Counted from the first letter of the stretch, positions 1 through 10,257 are shown. The stretch is 64,000 nt of DNA from Longimicrobiales bacterium (GCA_965204735.1 OZ242008.1:3520001-3584000); one strand, 5' to 3'. The notes: generated by a model from the letters alone, not told the origin. Numbers and translations: made by a program.

Positions 1-974
1 GAGTTGGTGCGGATCCACGTCATGCCGGCGTCGTCGGAGCGGTACACGCCTCCGTCCGGCTCGGCCTCGACGATCGCCCACACGCGGTCCGGGTCCGCCG
101 GCGACGCGCTGACGCCCACCTTGCCGACGATCCCTTCCGGCAGTCCGCCTTGGAGCTTGGTCCACGTGTCGCCCCCGTCGGCGGACTTGTACACGCCGCC
201 TTCTTCGGCGCCCGAGATCAGCGCCCAGGGCTTGCGTTCGCCGCGCCACATGCCCGCGTACAAGACGCGCGGATTCGTGCTGTCCAGCGTCAAGTCGGAC
301 GCGCCGGTGGAGTCGTTCAGCGCCAGCACGTGCTCCCACGTCGCTCCGCCGTCCCTGGACCGGAAGACCCCGCGTTCCGGGTTCTTGCCGAAGGGGTGGC
401 CCAGCGCGGCAACGTAGACCAGGTCGTGGTCCTTGGGGTGCACCTCGATGCGTCCGATCTGTCCCGCCTCCGGCAACCCGATGAACGCCCACGCGCGCCC
501 GCCGTCCACGGACTTCCAGGCGCCCCGCCCCGTCGAGGTGTTGCCCCGGATGTCCATCGATCCCTGCCCCACGTAGATGACGTTCGGGTCCGACGGCGCC
601 ACCGCCACCGCGCCGATCGAGCCGCCGAACCAGCCGTCCGAGATGTTCCGCCACGACGCGCCGTTGTCCGTGGACTCCCAGACGCCGCCCCCTGTGACGC
701 CCATGATCCAGCGGTCCGGGTCGTTCAGGAACCCGGCAGCAGCCGTCGAGCGGCCGCCCCGGTAGGGCCCCGCCATCCGGTAGCGGAGGTCCTTGAAGGC
801 AAGCGTGTCGAAGGGCTGGGCCGGAGGGGCGGCCCCATGGGAGACGGCCCCGTGGGACGCCGCAGGTCCGGCGGAAACGACGGCGGAGGCGCCGACGGGG
901 GCGCTCGCCGACAGCCCCGCGACAAGGACCGCGCAAGCGAGAACTGTCGAAGGCGGGCGGGTCAATGTGCGCAT
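1..974 (-). CDS. BNR/VPS10-type beta-propeller glycosyl hydrolase-like secreted protein (truncated by window edge)
   Basis: Manual minus-strand translation (absent from ORF track): signal-like N-terminus, then YRMAGPYRGGRSTA and repeated Asp-box motifs (ESTDNGASW, KSVDGGRAW, RSRDGGATW, KSADGGDTW). Confidence 0.85.
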   Translation of the reverse strand, partial: MRTLTRPPSTVLACAVLVAGLSASAPVGASAVVSAGPAASHGAVSHGAAPPAQPFDTLAFKDLRYRMAGPYRGGRSTAAAGFLNDPDRWIMGVTGGGVWESTDNGASWRNISDGWFGGSIGAVAVAPSDPNVIYVGQGSMDIRGNTSTGRGAWKSVDGGRAWAFIGLPEAGQIGRIEVHPKDHDLVYVAALGHPFGKNPERGVFRSRDGGATWEHVLALNDSTGASDLTLDSTNPRVLYAGMWRGERKPWALISGAEEGGVYKSADGGDTWTKLQGGLPEGIVGKVGVSASPADPDRVWAIVEAEPDGGVYRSDDAGMTWIRTN

Positions 975-1026
975 GAGACTGTTTTCCTGGGTTACATGGG
1001 GTAGGTGGTCAAGCTAACGCGGCTTC

Positions 1027-2472
1027 CTAACGAGGACGAGAACCGCCCGCCAATCCCAGCGCCTCCGCCTGCCGTCGGATGTCGTCCTTGTCGCGAACGA
1101 GCAAGTGCGGATGCGTCGACAGCACTTGCGCAGGAAACCCTGCGGCCGGGTACGCCGAATCGTCCCCCTTCAGGTAGCGGTCCAGGAAGCCCAGGACCAA
1201 GTCGTTCTGCATCGCGGTGAATCGCTCGACGACCTCGGGGTCGCCCAGGAACGGCGCTGCGCCCGGCGCGCCCACCAGCTCCGACAGGTCGGACACGGCG
1301 ATGTGCTGAATGCCCGGCACCATGATCCTGTGCACGTCTGGCCGAAGCCCTGCGCGGGCCAGTCGTTCGTAGGCCAAGTCGCCGGCCGTGGGAGCGTCGG
1401 GACCGTACTCGCCGCGGTAGACGGGAGCGTCCGCCAGCGCCGGGGGCAGTCCCGCCAAGACCTGCGTCGGATCGGAGTTGAGCATCAGGAGCGGCGTGCG
1501 CACGTCGGCGTCCACGAGCTCCGCCGTCCAATATCCGCCGTCCAAGTTGACCGCGGCCTTGGCCCGAAGGTCGGTCTGGGCAAGCATCGCCGCGATGTAG
1601 CCGCCGTACGACATGCCCATGTAGGCCCGGACGTCGTGGTCGGTCGCCGCCGCAAGCGCCGCAACCTTGGCCGGCACGTCCTCGTCTTCCAGCCGATCCA
1701 CGACGAAGAGCACGTCGTCGCGCCAGACGGGCGCAAGCCGCCCGAGCGACGTTGCGCGCAGTCGTCGGAAGTAGCCGGGCAGCGCGTCCAGCGCCGTCGC
1801 CAAGTCGGGAGGATAGTGGACCGTCAGGGCAGACAAGTCGCCGCCGTACCGTTGCAGGTCCTGCGTGATCCTGGGCGACATCTTCAGCACGTCGCCGTCC
1901 GGATACGCCAATCCGCCCGATTCGTAAGGATGCCCAACCGAGACGATCACGTACCCGTTCGCCGCCAAGTGCTCGAACAACGCCGTCTGCTGGGCCGGAT
2001 ACGACGTGTACCCGTGGTTGTATCCGACAAGGGGAAAGCGCCCCTCCGCGGGCGCGGCGTCCTCGTATGAATTCGTAGCCAGCGCGGCGCAGTTGCGCAG
2101 TGCGTCGTCTGGCTGGCCCAGCGCCGTCATGAGGCCGCTTGCCAGCGTCGTCATCTCCACCGGCGTGAAGTACGGTCGGCGAGCAGGGGGCGCGCCGGAG
2201 GCCGCGTCGGTAGTGCTCGGCGCGTCCGGGCGGTCGGCCGGGTACCAGGCGCGGACGTAGAGGCGTCGGTAGTCGGTCGGCGTCGGGGCATACTCCGTGC
2301 CGCGCAGCCAGTCGGTGACCGCGAACTCGGTTGTGCCTACGGCGTACGGGCCTTCCACGACGGGCCAAGCGCTGCAGTTGGCGTCGTAGGGGTAGGGCTC
2401 TTGGCCATGGGCGCGCGGCGGCTGCGCCACGAGCAGCAGAAGAACGCCGATCGGGCAGGTCGCGCGATTCAT
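1027..2472 (-). CDS. Secreted alpha/beta hydrolase (PAF-acetylhydrolase/chlorophyllase-like)
   Basis: C-terminal part of ORF 1027..5127: GPYAVG, FPLVGYNHGY, GMSYGG nucleophile elbow, NLDG; ATG overlaps upstream stop. Confidence 0.8.
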   Translation of the reverse strand: MNRATCPIGVLLLLVAQPPRAHGQEPYPYDANCSAWPVVEGPYAVGTTEFAVTDWLRGTEYAPTPTDYRRLYVRAWYPADRPDAPSTTDAASGAPPARRPYFTPVEMTTLASGLMTALGQPDDALRNCAALATNSYEDAAPAEGRFPLVGYNHGYTSYPAQQTALFEHLAANGYVIVSVGHPYESGGLAYPDGDVLKMSPRITQDLQRYGGDLSALTVHYPPDLATALDALPGYFRRLRATSLGRLAPVWRDDVLFVVDRLEDEDVPAKVAALAAATDHDVRAYMGMSYGGYIAAMLAQTDLRAKAAVNLDGGYWTAELVDADVRTPLLMLNSDPTQVLAGLPPALADAPVYRGEYGPDAPTAGDLAYERLARAGLRPDVHRIMVPGIQHIAVSDLSELVGAPGAAPFLGDPEVVERFTAMQNDLVLGFLDRYLKGDDSAYPAAGFPAQVLSTHPHLLVRDKDDIRRQAEALGLAGGSRPR

Positions 2473-3629
2473 GACTCGCCCCTGTTCGGGTCCCCCGCCA
2501 CGAACTTCTGGACACGGCGGCCCGTGGACGCCTCGCCCACGTAGATGTTGCCTTGCGAATCCACGTCCATCCCGTGGGGGCGGATGAACTGGCCCGCCTG
2601 GCGTCCGCCCCGACCGAACGCGCCCACGATCTCCAGCTCCGACCGACGCAGGACCCACACCTTGTGGTTGGTGCCGTCGGCCAAGTACAGCCAGCGCTGC
2701 TCCTCGTCCGGCGACAGCGCCACCACGAACGCCGAGCCCGACGCCCGCGTGAGGGGCGCCACCGTCTTCTCGGTCACGAACGCGCCGTCCTGCCGAAAGA
2801 CCTGGATGCGGTTGCCCCGGCGGTCGGCGACGTAGATCAAGCCGTCGGCGGAGCCCACCAGCCCGTGCACGGTGGAGAATTGGGGCGGCGGCGGACTCTC
2901 TGCCGTGCGGGCGGCGTAGTCGTACTCGGCCTCGTCGTCGGGAGGCTCCCCGTAGGCGCCCCAGTGGCGGATGTATTCGCCCGTTTCGCCGTCGAAGACG
3001 ACCACGCGACGGTTTCGGTAGCCGTCGGCCACGAAGACCTCGTTCGTCTCCGGGTCCACCCAGACGCCGGCCGGGCCGCCGAGGAGGACGGCGTCGTCGC
3101 TGCCGCCGGTCGCGTCGTACTCGCCCAGGGTCGCCAAGTGTTCGCCGGAGCGCGTGAACTTCATGACCCGGTGGTGGCGGTACGTCCCGATCCACACGTG
3201 CTCGTCGTGGTCGACGAAGAGGCCGTGGGCGTTGCGGGGGAACACGGACACGTCCTGGGTCGCCGGGTCGCCCCAAGCCTGGACGACGGCGCCCGCCGGG
3301 TCGAGCTCGATCACGACCGGCGCCGGAACGCAGCATTCGCCGATCGGCGGGTCCTGGACGGCGGCGGCCTCTTCGGGAGTCAGCGTCTCGGGCAGGTGGG
3401 TGATCCAGACGTGGTCCCGGGCGTCCACGAACACCGACGTGATCGGCCCCAGAATCCAGTTGTTCGGCAGCTCCTGGGGCCAGGAAGCGTCCACGCGGAA
3501 GACGGGGGGCTCGTCCGACGAACCCGGCGCCGCGCCAGGCACCCGGCTCTCGGAAGCGCACGCGCCGGCAAGCGCAGCGGCGACGGCGAAGGCGGAGAAT
3601 CGGGCAAGGAAGCGACCGAAGCGACTCAT
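2469..3629 (-). CDS. NHL-repeat beta-propeller lipoprotein (PAL-like)
   Basis: LAGAC lipobox; VADGYRNRRV, YVADRRGNRIQVF, PHGMDVDSQGNIYVGE; GGAGGAG RBS. Confidence 0.85.
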   Translation of the reverse strand: MSRFGRFLARFSAFAVAAALAGACASESRVPGAAPGSSDEPPVFRVDASWPQELPNNWILGPITSVFVDARDHVWITHLPETLTPEEAAAVQDPPIGECCVPAPVVIELDPAGAVVQAWGDPATQDVSVFPRNAHGLFVDHDEHVWIGTYRHHRVMKFTRSGEHLATLGEYDATGGSDDAVLLGGPAGVWVDPETNEVFVADGYRNRRVVVFDGETGEYIRHWGAYGEPPDDEAEYDYAARTAESPPPPQFSTVHGLVGSADGLIYVADRRGNRIQVFRQDGAFVTEKTVAPLTRASGSAFVVALSPDEEQRWLYLADGTNHKVWVLRRSELEIVGAFGRGGRQAGQFIRPHGMDVDSQGNIYVGEASTGRRVQKFVAGDPNRGES

Positions 3630-3843
3630 GGCTCCTCCAGGCGAAGCAACGGGAACGAAGGAATGGGAACCTACGGCTTCGGGAGTCGAACGCCAGCCTC
3701 CAGAGCACATCGAGCTTCCGAACGCGCGTCGCAGGTCTCGGGTGCGCGCCCGGTTGCGCCTCGGGGTCCGCGCTCCGTAACGTTCCAGCCCTGCAGCGTC
3801 GCAGCGGTCCAGAGACCATCCGCAAGCCGAGCCCTCGCACGAC

Positions 3844-5313
3844 ATGAACTCGCCCAACCGACTTCGATCCGCCGCTCTCGCCTTCGCCCTCGCCGGCGCG
3901 GCTTCCGCTCTCTCCCCAGGGGCTTCGCCCGCCCAGTCCGTCGAGGAAGGCAAGGAGTCGGCCTTGGCCCACGCCGCCGCCCTCGACGACCTGGTCGCCG
4001 AGATCTCCATGCGCCTCTGGGAGTTCGCGGAGATCGCGCTTCGGGAGTCGCGCTCCGCCGCATACATGGCCGAGCTGCTGGAAGAGGAAGGCTTCGCCCT
4101 TGAACGGGGCGTCGCCGGGATGCCCACCGCCTTCGTCGCCTCCTGGGGCTCCGGCGCGCCCGTGCTGGGGGTGCTGGCCGAGTACGACGCCCTTCCCAAC
4201 ATCGGCAACGCCGCCGAACCCCGCCGGGCGCCCCGGGCCGACGGCCACGCCCACGGCCAGGGCTGCGGCCACAACCTCTTCGGCGCCGCATCGATCGCCG
4301 CCGCCGTCGCCGTCAAGCGCATGATGGCCGACCACGACGTGGCCGGCACCGTCCGTCTCTACGGCACGCCCGCCGAGGAGACGGTGGTGGGGAAGGTGTA
4401 CATGGCCCGGGACGGTCTCTTCGACGACTTGGACGCCGCCATCGTCTGGCACCCCGGCCAGAAGACCGCCGTCAGCAACAACCGGGCCCGGGCGCTCAAC
4501 AACTTCGAGGTCACCTTCCGCGGCCAGGCCGCCCACGGCGCCGCCGACCCTTGGAACGGCCGAAGCGCGCTGGACGCCGTGGAACTCATGAACCACGGGG
4601 TGAACATGATGCGGGAGCACGTCGAGCCCAGCGCCCGAATCCACTACGTGATGCCCAACGCCGGCGAAGTCCCCAACGTCGTCCCCGAGTACGCGAAGGC
4701 GTGGTACTACGTTCGCGACACGACCCGGGTCGCCGTCGAGGAGAACTACGCGTGGATCCTCGACATCGCCCAGGGCGCGGCCCAGATGACCCGCACCGAG
4801 CACGAAGTCTTCCTCGTGACCGGCGTGCACCCGTACACCCTCGTGCGGCCCCTGCAGGAAGCGATGCAGGCGAACCTGGAGCGCGTCGGGCCGCCGTCGT
4901 TCACCGACGAAGACCAAGCCTTCGCCCGGGAGCTGCAACGGTTCCTGGAGGTGGAGGCCACGGGGCTGAACGACACGATCGACCACTTGGCGCCCGTTCC
5001 GTCGATGGCGGACGGCGGCTCGTCGGACGTGGCCGAGGTGAGCTACATCGCGCCGACCGTCGAGTTCAGCGTGACGACGGCCGCGGAGAACGTCCCGTGG
5101 CATTCGTGGGCGACGACCGCTTCCCACGGCACGCCCGGAGCCGTCAGGGGCGCCCAGGTGGCGGCCAGGGCGCTGGCGCTCATGGGCGCGGAGCTAATGC
5201 TGGACGAGGAGTTGCTGGCCCGCGCCAAGGCCGCCCACGCCGAGGAGGTCGGAGGCAAGCCCTACAAGTCGCCCGTTCCGGCCGGGCAGGCCGTGCCGTT
5301 GCCGAAGAACTAG
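3844..5313 (+). CDS. M20 amidohydrolase, AbgB-like, with signal peptide
   Basis: AEYDALP, GCGHNLFG, GTPAEE, HGAADPWNGRSALDAVELM, GGSSDVAEVS motifs. Confidence 0.9.
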   Translation: MNSPNRLRSAALAFALAGAASALSPGASPAQSVEEGKESALAHAAALDDLVAEISMRLWEFAEIALRESRSAAYMAELLEEEGFALERGVAGMPTAFVASWGSGAPVLGVLAEYDALPNIGNAAEPRRAPRADGHAHGQGCGHNLFGAASIAAAVAVKRMMADHDVAGTVRLYGTPAEETVVGKVYMARDGLFDDLDAAIVWHPGQKTAVSNNRARALNNFEVTFRGQAAHGAADPWNGRSALDAVELMNHGVNMMREHVEPSARIHYVMPNAGEVPNVVPEYAKAWYYVRDTTRVAVEENYAWILDIAQGAAQMTRTEHEVFLVTGVHPYTLVRPLQEAMQANLERVGPPSFTDEDQAFARELQRFLEVEATGLNDTIDHLAPVPSMADGGSSDVAEVSYIAPTVEFSVTTAAENVPWHSWATTASHGTPGAVRGAQVAARALALMGAELMLDEELLARAKAAHAEEVGGKPYKSPVPAGQAVPLPKN

Positions 5314-5609
5314 CCCGACTCGCCGTGGGCGCAGTACGCCGCCCACAAGGCGTCGAGGATCTGGGCCTGCGCCTCCTTCGCGTCGCTCGACCAGAGCCTT
5401 GCCGGATCGAACCGCTCCAGCCACGGGACCACGGCCGTGTCGATCATCTCGCGGGCCATCTCCGTGACTTCGCTGGACCGGAACCCGTCCCCCGGCGCGT
5501 CGCTGTACGCCGCCGCCACGCAGCGCTTGCGGACGTGCACGTAGAACACCCGAAGTCCCCCGTGCATCGTCTCCGCCGGCGAGAAGCTCACGCCCAGGTA
5601 CCGCGCCAT
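5310..5609 (-). CDS. Hypothetical protein (~99 aa)
   Basis: Plausible globular sequence downstream of the ABC-TM gene; start uncertain. Confidence 0.5.
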   Translation of the reverse strand: MARYLGVSFSPAETMHGGLRVFYVHVRKRCVAAAYSDAPGDGFRSSEVTEMAREMIDTAVVPWLERFDPARLWSSDAKEAQAQILDALWAAYCAHGESG

Positions 5610-5670
5610 CAGCTCCACCGTCGGTCTCCCCCGGCCGCGCCTCCGCTCCCGTCGTCGCTGCCGCCCGCCT

Positions 5671-6534
5671 TCATGCCTTTCGCCTCGTGGTCGCGTTCCC
5701 GTCCGTGCCGTCGTCCGCCTCCCCCAGCCTTCCCACGATCTCGCGCAACCGCAGCCATTGTTGGTAGAAGAGGGGCAGCATGGCAACGGACTCCATGAAC
5801 TGGAACACGTACATGACCACCGCCACCACGCCGCCGTACTCCACCGTGTCGGTCGCCGTTGCGCGGACGGAGTACGCCAGCAAGCCGACCATCAGCACCC
5901 AAAGGACGCCGAAGTTGGCCGCCTCCAAGTCCGACAGCTTGATGTTCCACCGCATCATCCGGCGAACGTGGCGCGCGACCCGGACCGGACTGCCGCTCTC
6001 CACGACTTCGACCCTCCGCTCGTACTCGTTGTTGTACGCCTCGTTCCAGCGCGTCGTGAACTTTCCCGTCCAGCCGTACAAGGCGACCGTGGCGCCGACC
6101 ACGATCATGCAGCCGGCGAAGATCGGCAGGCTGAGCGCCGAAAGGATCGCGACCGTCCCGACCAGTCCCAGCACGCTGCTCACCAGGGTAGGCAAGGAGT
6201 TCTCGAAGAACTCGACCACTTCCCCGAGCATCGCCAGGCGCGCGGTCTTGGTCGACGTGCCGGCCCCGGACTGACGGATCGCCAGCTCTTGGCTCGTCTT
6301 GACGTAGACCTTGGCGTAGGCGCGGGAGTCGTAGACCCGCCGGAGCACGTCCACGCCCACGGTCGCGACGCACAGCGCCACCAGCTCGACCAGGCCTCGC
6401 CACGAACCGAGGACGGCGCTGTCGACCGCTCGGCCGATGACAAGCGGAAAGAGGAGCCAGCCCACGGACTCGATCGCCACGAGGGAGACCGTGAAGGCCA
6501 AGGGCCTCCGAAAGGGCCCGAGCCCGGTGTTCAT
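5671..6534 (-). CDS. Stand-alone ABC transporter six-transmembrane domain protein (ABC_membrane_3-like)
   Basis: Six hydrophobic segments, RRVYDSRAYAKVY and NNEYERRVEVV patterns; no Walker motifs. Confidence 0.75.
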   Translation of the reverse strand: MNTGLGPFRRPLAFTVSLVAIESVGWLLFPLVIGRAVDSAVLGSWRGLVELVALCVATVGVDVLRRVYDSRAYAKVYVKTSQELAIRQSGAGTSTKTARLAMLGEVVEFFENSLPTLVSSVLGLVGTVAILSALSLPIFAGCMIVVGATVALYGWTGKFTTRWNEAYNNEYERRVEVVESGSPVRVARHVRRMMRWNIKLSDLEAANFGVLWVLMVGLLAYSVRATATDTVEYGGVVAVVMYVFQFMESVAMLPLFYQQWLRLREIVGRLGEADDGTDGNATTRRKA

Positions 6535-6564
6535 GGGGCGCTGGAAGCTCCCGCTGCAGCCTCC

Positions 6565-6819
6565 CTACAGCCTCCGGCCCTCGGGGCGCTTCGCTTCGGC
6601 GCCGCCCCGCGTCTTGGGAGTCTTCGTCTCCGCAGCGGGCTCCGCCTCCTGGTCCGTCTCCACGGGATGCGCCGCCGCCGGCGACTCGACGACGGGCGCT
6701 TCCTGGTCGCTGGGGCTCACCGTCCAGATCGCCGTGCCCGCTCCCGCGATCAGCAGCAGGGAAAGGACGAGTCCCACTCCCGCGTGGGTCCTCTTCGGCC
6801 GCCGCCTCAAGTGCACCAT
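6565..6819 (-). CDS. Small membrane-anchored hypothetical protein
   Basis: Basic N-terminus, one TM segment, acidic tail; purine-rich RBS; sigma-54 motif upstream. Confidence 0.6.
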   Translation of the reverse strand: MVHLRRRPKRTHAGVGLVLSLLLIAGAGTAIWTVSPSDQEAPVVESPAAAHPVETDQEAEPAAETKTPKTRGGAEAKRPEGRRL

Positions 6820-6908
6820 CTCGTCTCTCCTTCCAGCTCCATGGAATCCATGCCCTCGGCCGGAGCGAGTTCGCCGAAGCGACTCCCGCTGGCCCTGCTC
6901 GTCTTTAC

Positions 6909-6925
6909 TGCATGAAACGTGCCAA
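6909..6925 (-). promoter_or_regulatory. Sigma-54 (-24/-12) promoter
   Basis: Minus strand TTGGCACGTTTCATGCA: GG-N10-GC spacing, about 90 bp upstream of ATG 6819. Confidence 0.7.
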
Positions 6926-7101
6926 AGTTTCGTCCGGGGGGGCTCGAGCCCCTGATTCGCTTGGAGTTCATGGGGTTGTGACGCGGCTTGGGGGCAGCTC
7001 GCTCCAGGACGGGAGATCGTCCGATTGCCGGACGCTGGCCACTTTTCAGGACAGTTGCCGTACCGAGAACGGCACGCCCGCCGGAGACGCCGCCGGACGC
7101 G

Positions 7102-7187
7102 CGCCTTCTCTCACGGACGCTCGCGGCTTCTCTCGCGGACGCTCGCCTACTCTCAGCTTCTCTCGCGGACGCCCGCCTTCTCTCAGC
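7102..7187. repeat. Degenerate ~30-bp tandem repeat abutting the IS left end
   Basis: gcttctctcgcggacgc(t/c)cgcct(a/t)ctctca at 7126 and 7156 plus a partial copy. Confidence 0.7.
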
Positions 7188-7189
7188 TA

Positions 7190-9029
7190 GTGTCTGCCAG
7201 AAAATAGGGGTCTGGCGCGATCTGGCGAGTCGCCAGGCGCGCCGAGTGGCTGTGACGGGGCCTGGAAGGTGCTGGCGACCGGGTCCAGAAGAGGTTGCGT
7301 GGGCGTTTTGGAGGCGCTGCGCGAGCGATTTGGAGGCACGGATCCGCTTGATCCGGGCTGCTGGAGACTCGTGTCCGCATCCCTCCCGAGGAAGGGCGGT
7401 GGAGCCCGGTCGTCCGAGAATGCCGCGTCGTTACGCGGCCCGTCGTCGTCGCTTTCCGTTCTTGAGAGCGTTGCGCCTGATCTGGAGCGCGCGCCGCTCG
7501 CGGCGCTGGAGCAAGACGCCGAGCGTGTGCACGTTGGCGGCCACGATCGACAAGGCGACGCTCCGGGCGAAGCCCGCAGCGCCCCGGGTCCGAACCCGAG
7601 CGAGGCCGTGGTGCTGCAAGTGGTTGATCCCCGACTCGACGGACGGGTGGCGCCGCCGCGCGGCGACGAACGCGGGATCGAGTTCCCTGACCTTGGCCGC
7701 CTTGCCCAGCTTGCCCTTCTGCGGCAACACGTTGCCGTCGGGCAGCAGCGCGTCCAGGCGCGCCCGGTTGGCCGGGCTGTGGAAGCCCTTGTCGAAGCTG
7801 CACGCCCGCAAGTCCGGATACGTCGCCCGGACCGCCTCGATCAGCGGGACGGCCACATGCACGTCCTCGCCTTCCCACAACACCGACCAGCCGAGCACGA
7901 ACCGGTACTGGTCTTCGACGACGCACACCGGCACGCCCAACTCCACCGGGTTGCCCGCCTTCCCCTTCGACACCCAGCGCGTGTGCGGCTCGAACACCGA
8001 GAACACCTTCTCCGCGTGGGCGATCTTCTCGCCCTTCACCAACCGGCGCTCCACCTGGTCCACCTGCCGCAGCGCGTGGCCCAGCCAGTGCAGGATCGGC
8101 AGCATCTCGTCGCTCCCTGCGCCCGCCCGCTCCAGCCGGCGCACCGACTCGGCCGCCCGGTCGGCCAGCTTCCGGCAAAGCTCCACGTACTCCGCCACGG
8201 CGCCCGGCCACCGCTTGCGCTGCCGTGCCGTGCAGACCCGCCTGGCCAGCTGCTTCGCCTGTTGCGTCAGATGGGCGTGCTGACGCCAACCGCCGATGCC
8301 GCGACGCGCGCACGCCCGAGTCGCTTCGCGGACCATGCAGCGCACGGCGTCCATGAGCAGGCCCACGTCGGTGGGGTGTCGGACGTCGGTCTTCGCGACG
8401 AACGAGTCACACCGCCCGCGCAACGTTGCGCCAGACTTTTTTTTTACGACCCGGTGCCCCGTCTCCACCACCAGCCGGTTCACCTCCCGCAGCAGCTCCG
8501 GCGTCAGCAGACTCACGTTGTCCACCACCGTCTGGTACTGGTACTCGTGCACGTCGAAGTCGCCGTGGCCCAGCATCGCCCGCACCGTCCGATGCTGGTT
8601 CGCCAGCTCGTGCAGCCGGTCGAAGTCGCAGGCCAGACCCTGCTTCAGCACGCCCAGCACGAGGATGCGCCACAGCTCCATCCCCGGACGGCCCAGCCGA
8701 TGGTCCGACTCGGGACACACGCCGGCCTCCAGCAACGCCCACAGCTCCGGCCGCCGCTCCTCGTACAGCAGCTGCAGCCCCCTCAGCACCGCCGGGATGT
8801 CGTCGCGCGACTTGGGATCGAGATCGATCTCGCCGATCGGCACTTGGCCGAGACCGAACTGGCACTCCTGCACCTTCCGCATGGCAGCAACCCTCCGCGA
8901 AGATCCCGCCAAACAGGGCCTCGCAAGGCCCCCGAACCTCAAAAACTACTGCAACCGCCCAATCTTCGGTACCTTCACCCCCTCGAATCCCCTGTCAGTC
9001 CAACGAAAACCGACTTCTCTGGCAGACAC
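7190..9029 (-). mobile_element. Insertion sequence (ISNCY-type DDE), 1840 bp
   Basis: TIRs GTGTCTGCCAGAAAA (7190-7204) and revcomp GTGTCTGCCAGAGAA (9015-9029); 6-bp direct repeat CAGCTA at 7184-7189 and 9030-9035. Confidence 0.92.
7431..8882 (-). CDS. Transposase (ISNCY/IS5-like)
   Basis: DPKSRDDIP, GRPGMELWRILVLG, RCDSFVAKTDV, SFDKGFHS, HPSVESGINHL. Confidence 0.9.
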   Translation of the reverse strand: MRKVQECQFGLGQVPIGEIDLDPKSRDDIPAVLRGLQLLYEERRPELWALLEAGVCPESDHRLGRPGMELWRILVLGVLKQGLACDFDRLHELANQHRTVRAMLGHGDFDVHEYQYQTVVDNVSLLTPELLREVNRLVVETGHRVVKKKSGATLRGRCDSFVAKTDVRHPTDVGLLMDAVRCMVREATRACARRGIGGWRQHAHLTQQAKQLARRVCTARQRKRWPGAVAEYVELCRKLADRAAESVRRLERAGAGSDEMLPILHWLGHALRQVDQVERRLVKGEKIAHAEKVFSVFEPHTRWVSKGKAGNPVELGVPVCVVEDQYRFVLGWSVLWEGEDVHVAVPLIEAVRATYPDLRACSFDKGFHSPANRARLDALLPDGNVLPQKGKLGKAAKVRELDPAFVAARRRHPSVESGINHLQHHGLARVRTRGAAGFARSVALSIVAANVHTLGVLLQRRERRALQIRRNALKNGKRRRRAA

Positions 9030-9053
9030 CAGCTAGGTTGAAGTCATGAGGAC

Positions 9054-10241
9054 ATGGGAGCGGAGATCATGAGGACGGGGGATCGTCGCGGGGAGCTTCT
9101 TGCCTGCGTGGTGCCTTTGCGACGGGCCGTTGCGGGGCCGGCGGCGGCGGGGGCCAGCGCCGGCGTGGTCGCCGCTTTGCTCGTCGCCGCCGGGCTTGGG
9201 GTCGTCGAGCCGACGGGCGCCCAGGCGACGGACCCGGGCCGGGCCGCTCCGGTCGCCGACGACGAGCCGGCGCGCGCTCCCGGCATCGTCGCCGTGCCCG
9301 GCATCCGGGCGGGCCACTTCACCTATGCCGACGCCGCGACGGGCTGCACGGTCGTGATCGCCGACGGGGGCGCGGTGGGGGGGGTGGACGTGCGGGGAGG
9401 CGCGCCGGGCACCGTCGAGACGGACCTGCTGAACCCGGTCGCCACGGTCCAGACGGTCAACGCGGTGCTGCTGGCCGGCGGCAGCGCCTTCGGGTTGGCC
9501 GCCCGCGACGGCGTGGTGCGCCGCCTGGAGGAGATGGGCGAGGGCTTCCGGGTCGGCGAGGGGTTGACGGTGCCCATCGTGCCGGGCGCCGTGATCTTCG
9601 ACCTGCGGGTGGCCGCGACGCGGCCCGGAGCAGAGTGCGGCTATCGGGCCGCGACGGCGGCGGACGAGGGGACGGCGCGGCTGGCCGAGGGGAGCGTGGG
9701 CGCGGGCGCGGGCGCGAGCGTCGGCAAGCTTCGGGGCATGGCCTGGGCGATGAAGGGAGGCGCCGGTACTGCCTCGATCTCGCTGGAGAGCGGGCTCGTG
9801 GTGGGTGCGGTGGTGGTGGTGAACGCCGTGGGCGACGTGGTCGATCCGCGCACCGGTCGGATCGTGGCGGGGGCTCGGGCGGAGGCGGGGGGGTTCGCCG
9901 ACGCGCGACGCATCCTCCGGGGCCAGGGACCCAGGGAGCCCGCCGGGCTGAACACGACGATCGGCGTGGTGGCCACCAACGCGCGCCTCGACCAATCCCA
10001 AGCGACCAAGGTCGCCCAGATGGCGCAGGACGGACTGGCCCGCGCCCTCGTGCCCAGCCACGCGCCGGGCGACGGCGACGCCATCTTCTCCTTGGCCACG
10101 GGGCGGCTCGCGTCGGGCTTCGACACCGGGCAGGTGGGCGCCCTCGCCGCCGAGGTCGTCGCCGAAGCGATCCTTCGGGCGGTGCGGGCCGCCACCGGTC
10201 TCCCGGGCTTGCCGGCCGTGAAGGACTTGCCCGGATCGTGA
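9054..10241 (+). CDS. P1/S58 (DmpA-like) aminopeptidase
   Basis: GVDVRGGAPGT, LAGGSAFGL, EGSVGAGAGA, NTTIGVVATNA, GDGDAIF. Confidence 0.9.
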   Translation: MGAEIMRTGDRRGELLACVVPLRRAVAGPAAAGASAGVVAALLVAAGLGVVEPTGAQATDPGRAAPVADDEPARAPGIVAVPGIRAGHFTYADAATGCTVVIADGGAVGGVDVRGGAPGTVETDLLNPVATVQTVNAVLLAGGSAFGLAARDGVVRRLEEMGEGFRVGEGLTVPIVPGAVIFDLRVAATRPGAECGYRAATAADEGTARLAEGSVGAGAGASVGKLRGMAWAMKGGAGTASISLESGLVVGAVVVVNAVGDVVDPRTGRIVAGARAEAGGFADARRILRGQGPREPAGLNTTIGVVATNARLDQSQATKVAQMAQDGLARALVPSHAPGDGDAIFSLATGRLASGFDTGQVGALAAEVVAEAILRAVRAATGLPGLPAVKDLPGS

Positions 10242-10257
10242 AGGACTTGCTCGGTCG

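Noticed and set aside
1027..5127. Single 1366-aa protein
   Set aside because: Only 1027..2472 looks coding; the rest shadows the NHL and amidohydrolase genes.
8437..8445. A9 run in the transposase as a programmed frameshift site
   Set aside because: The ORF is already continuous through it (VKKKSG).
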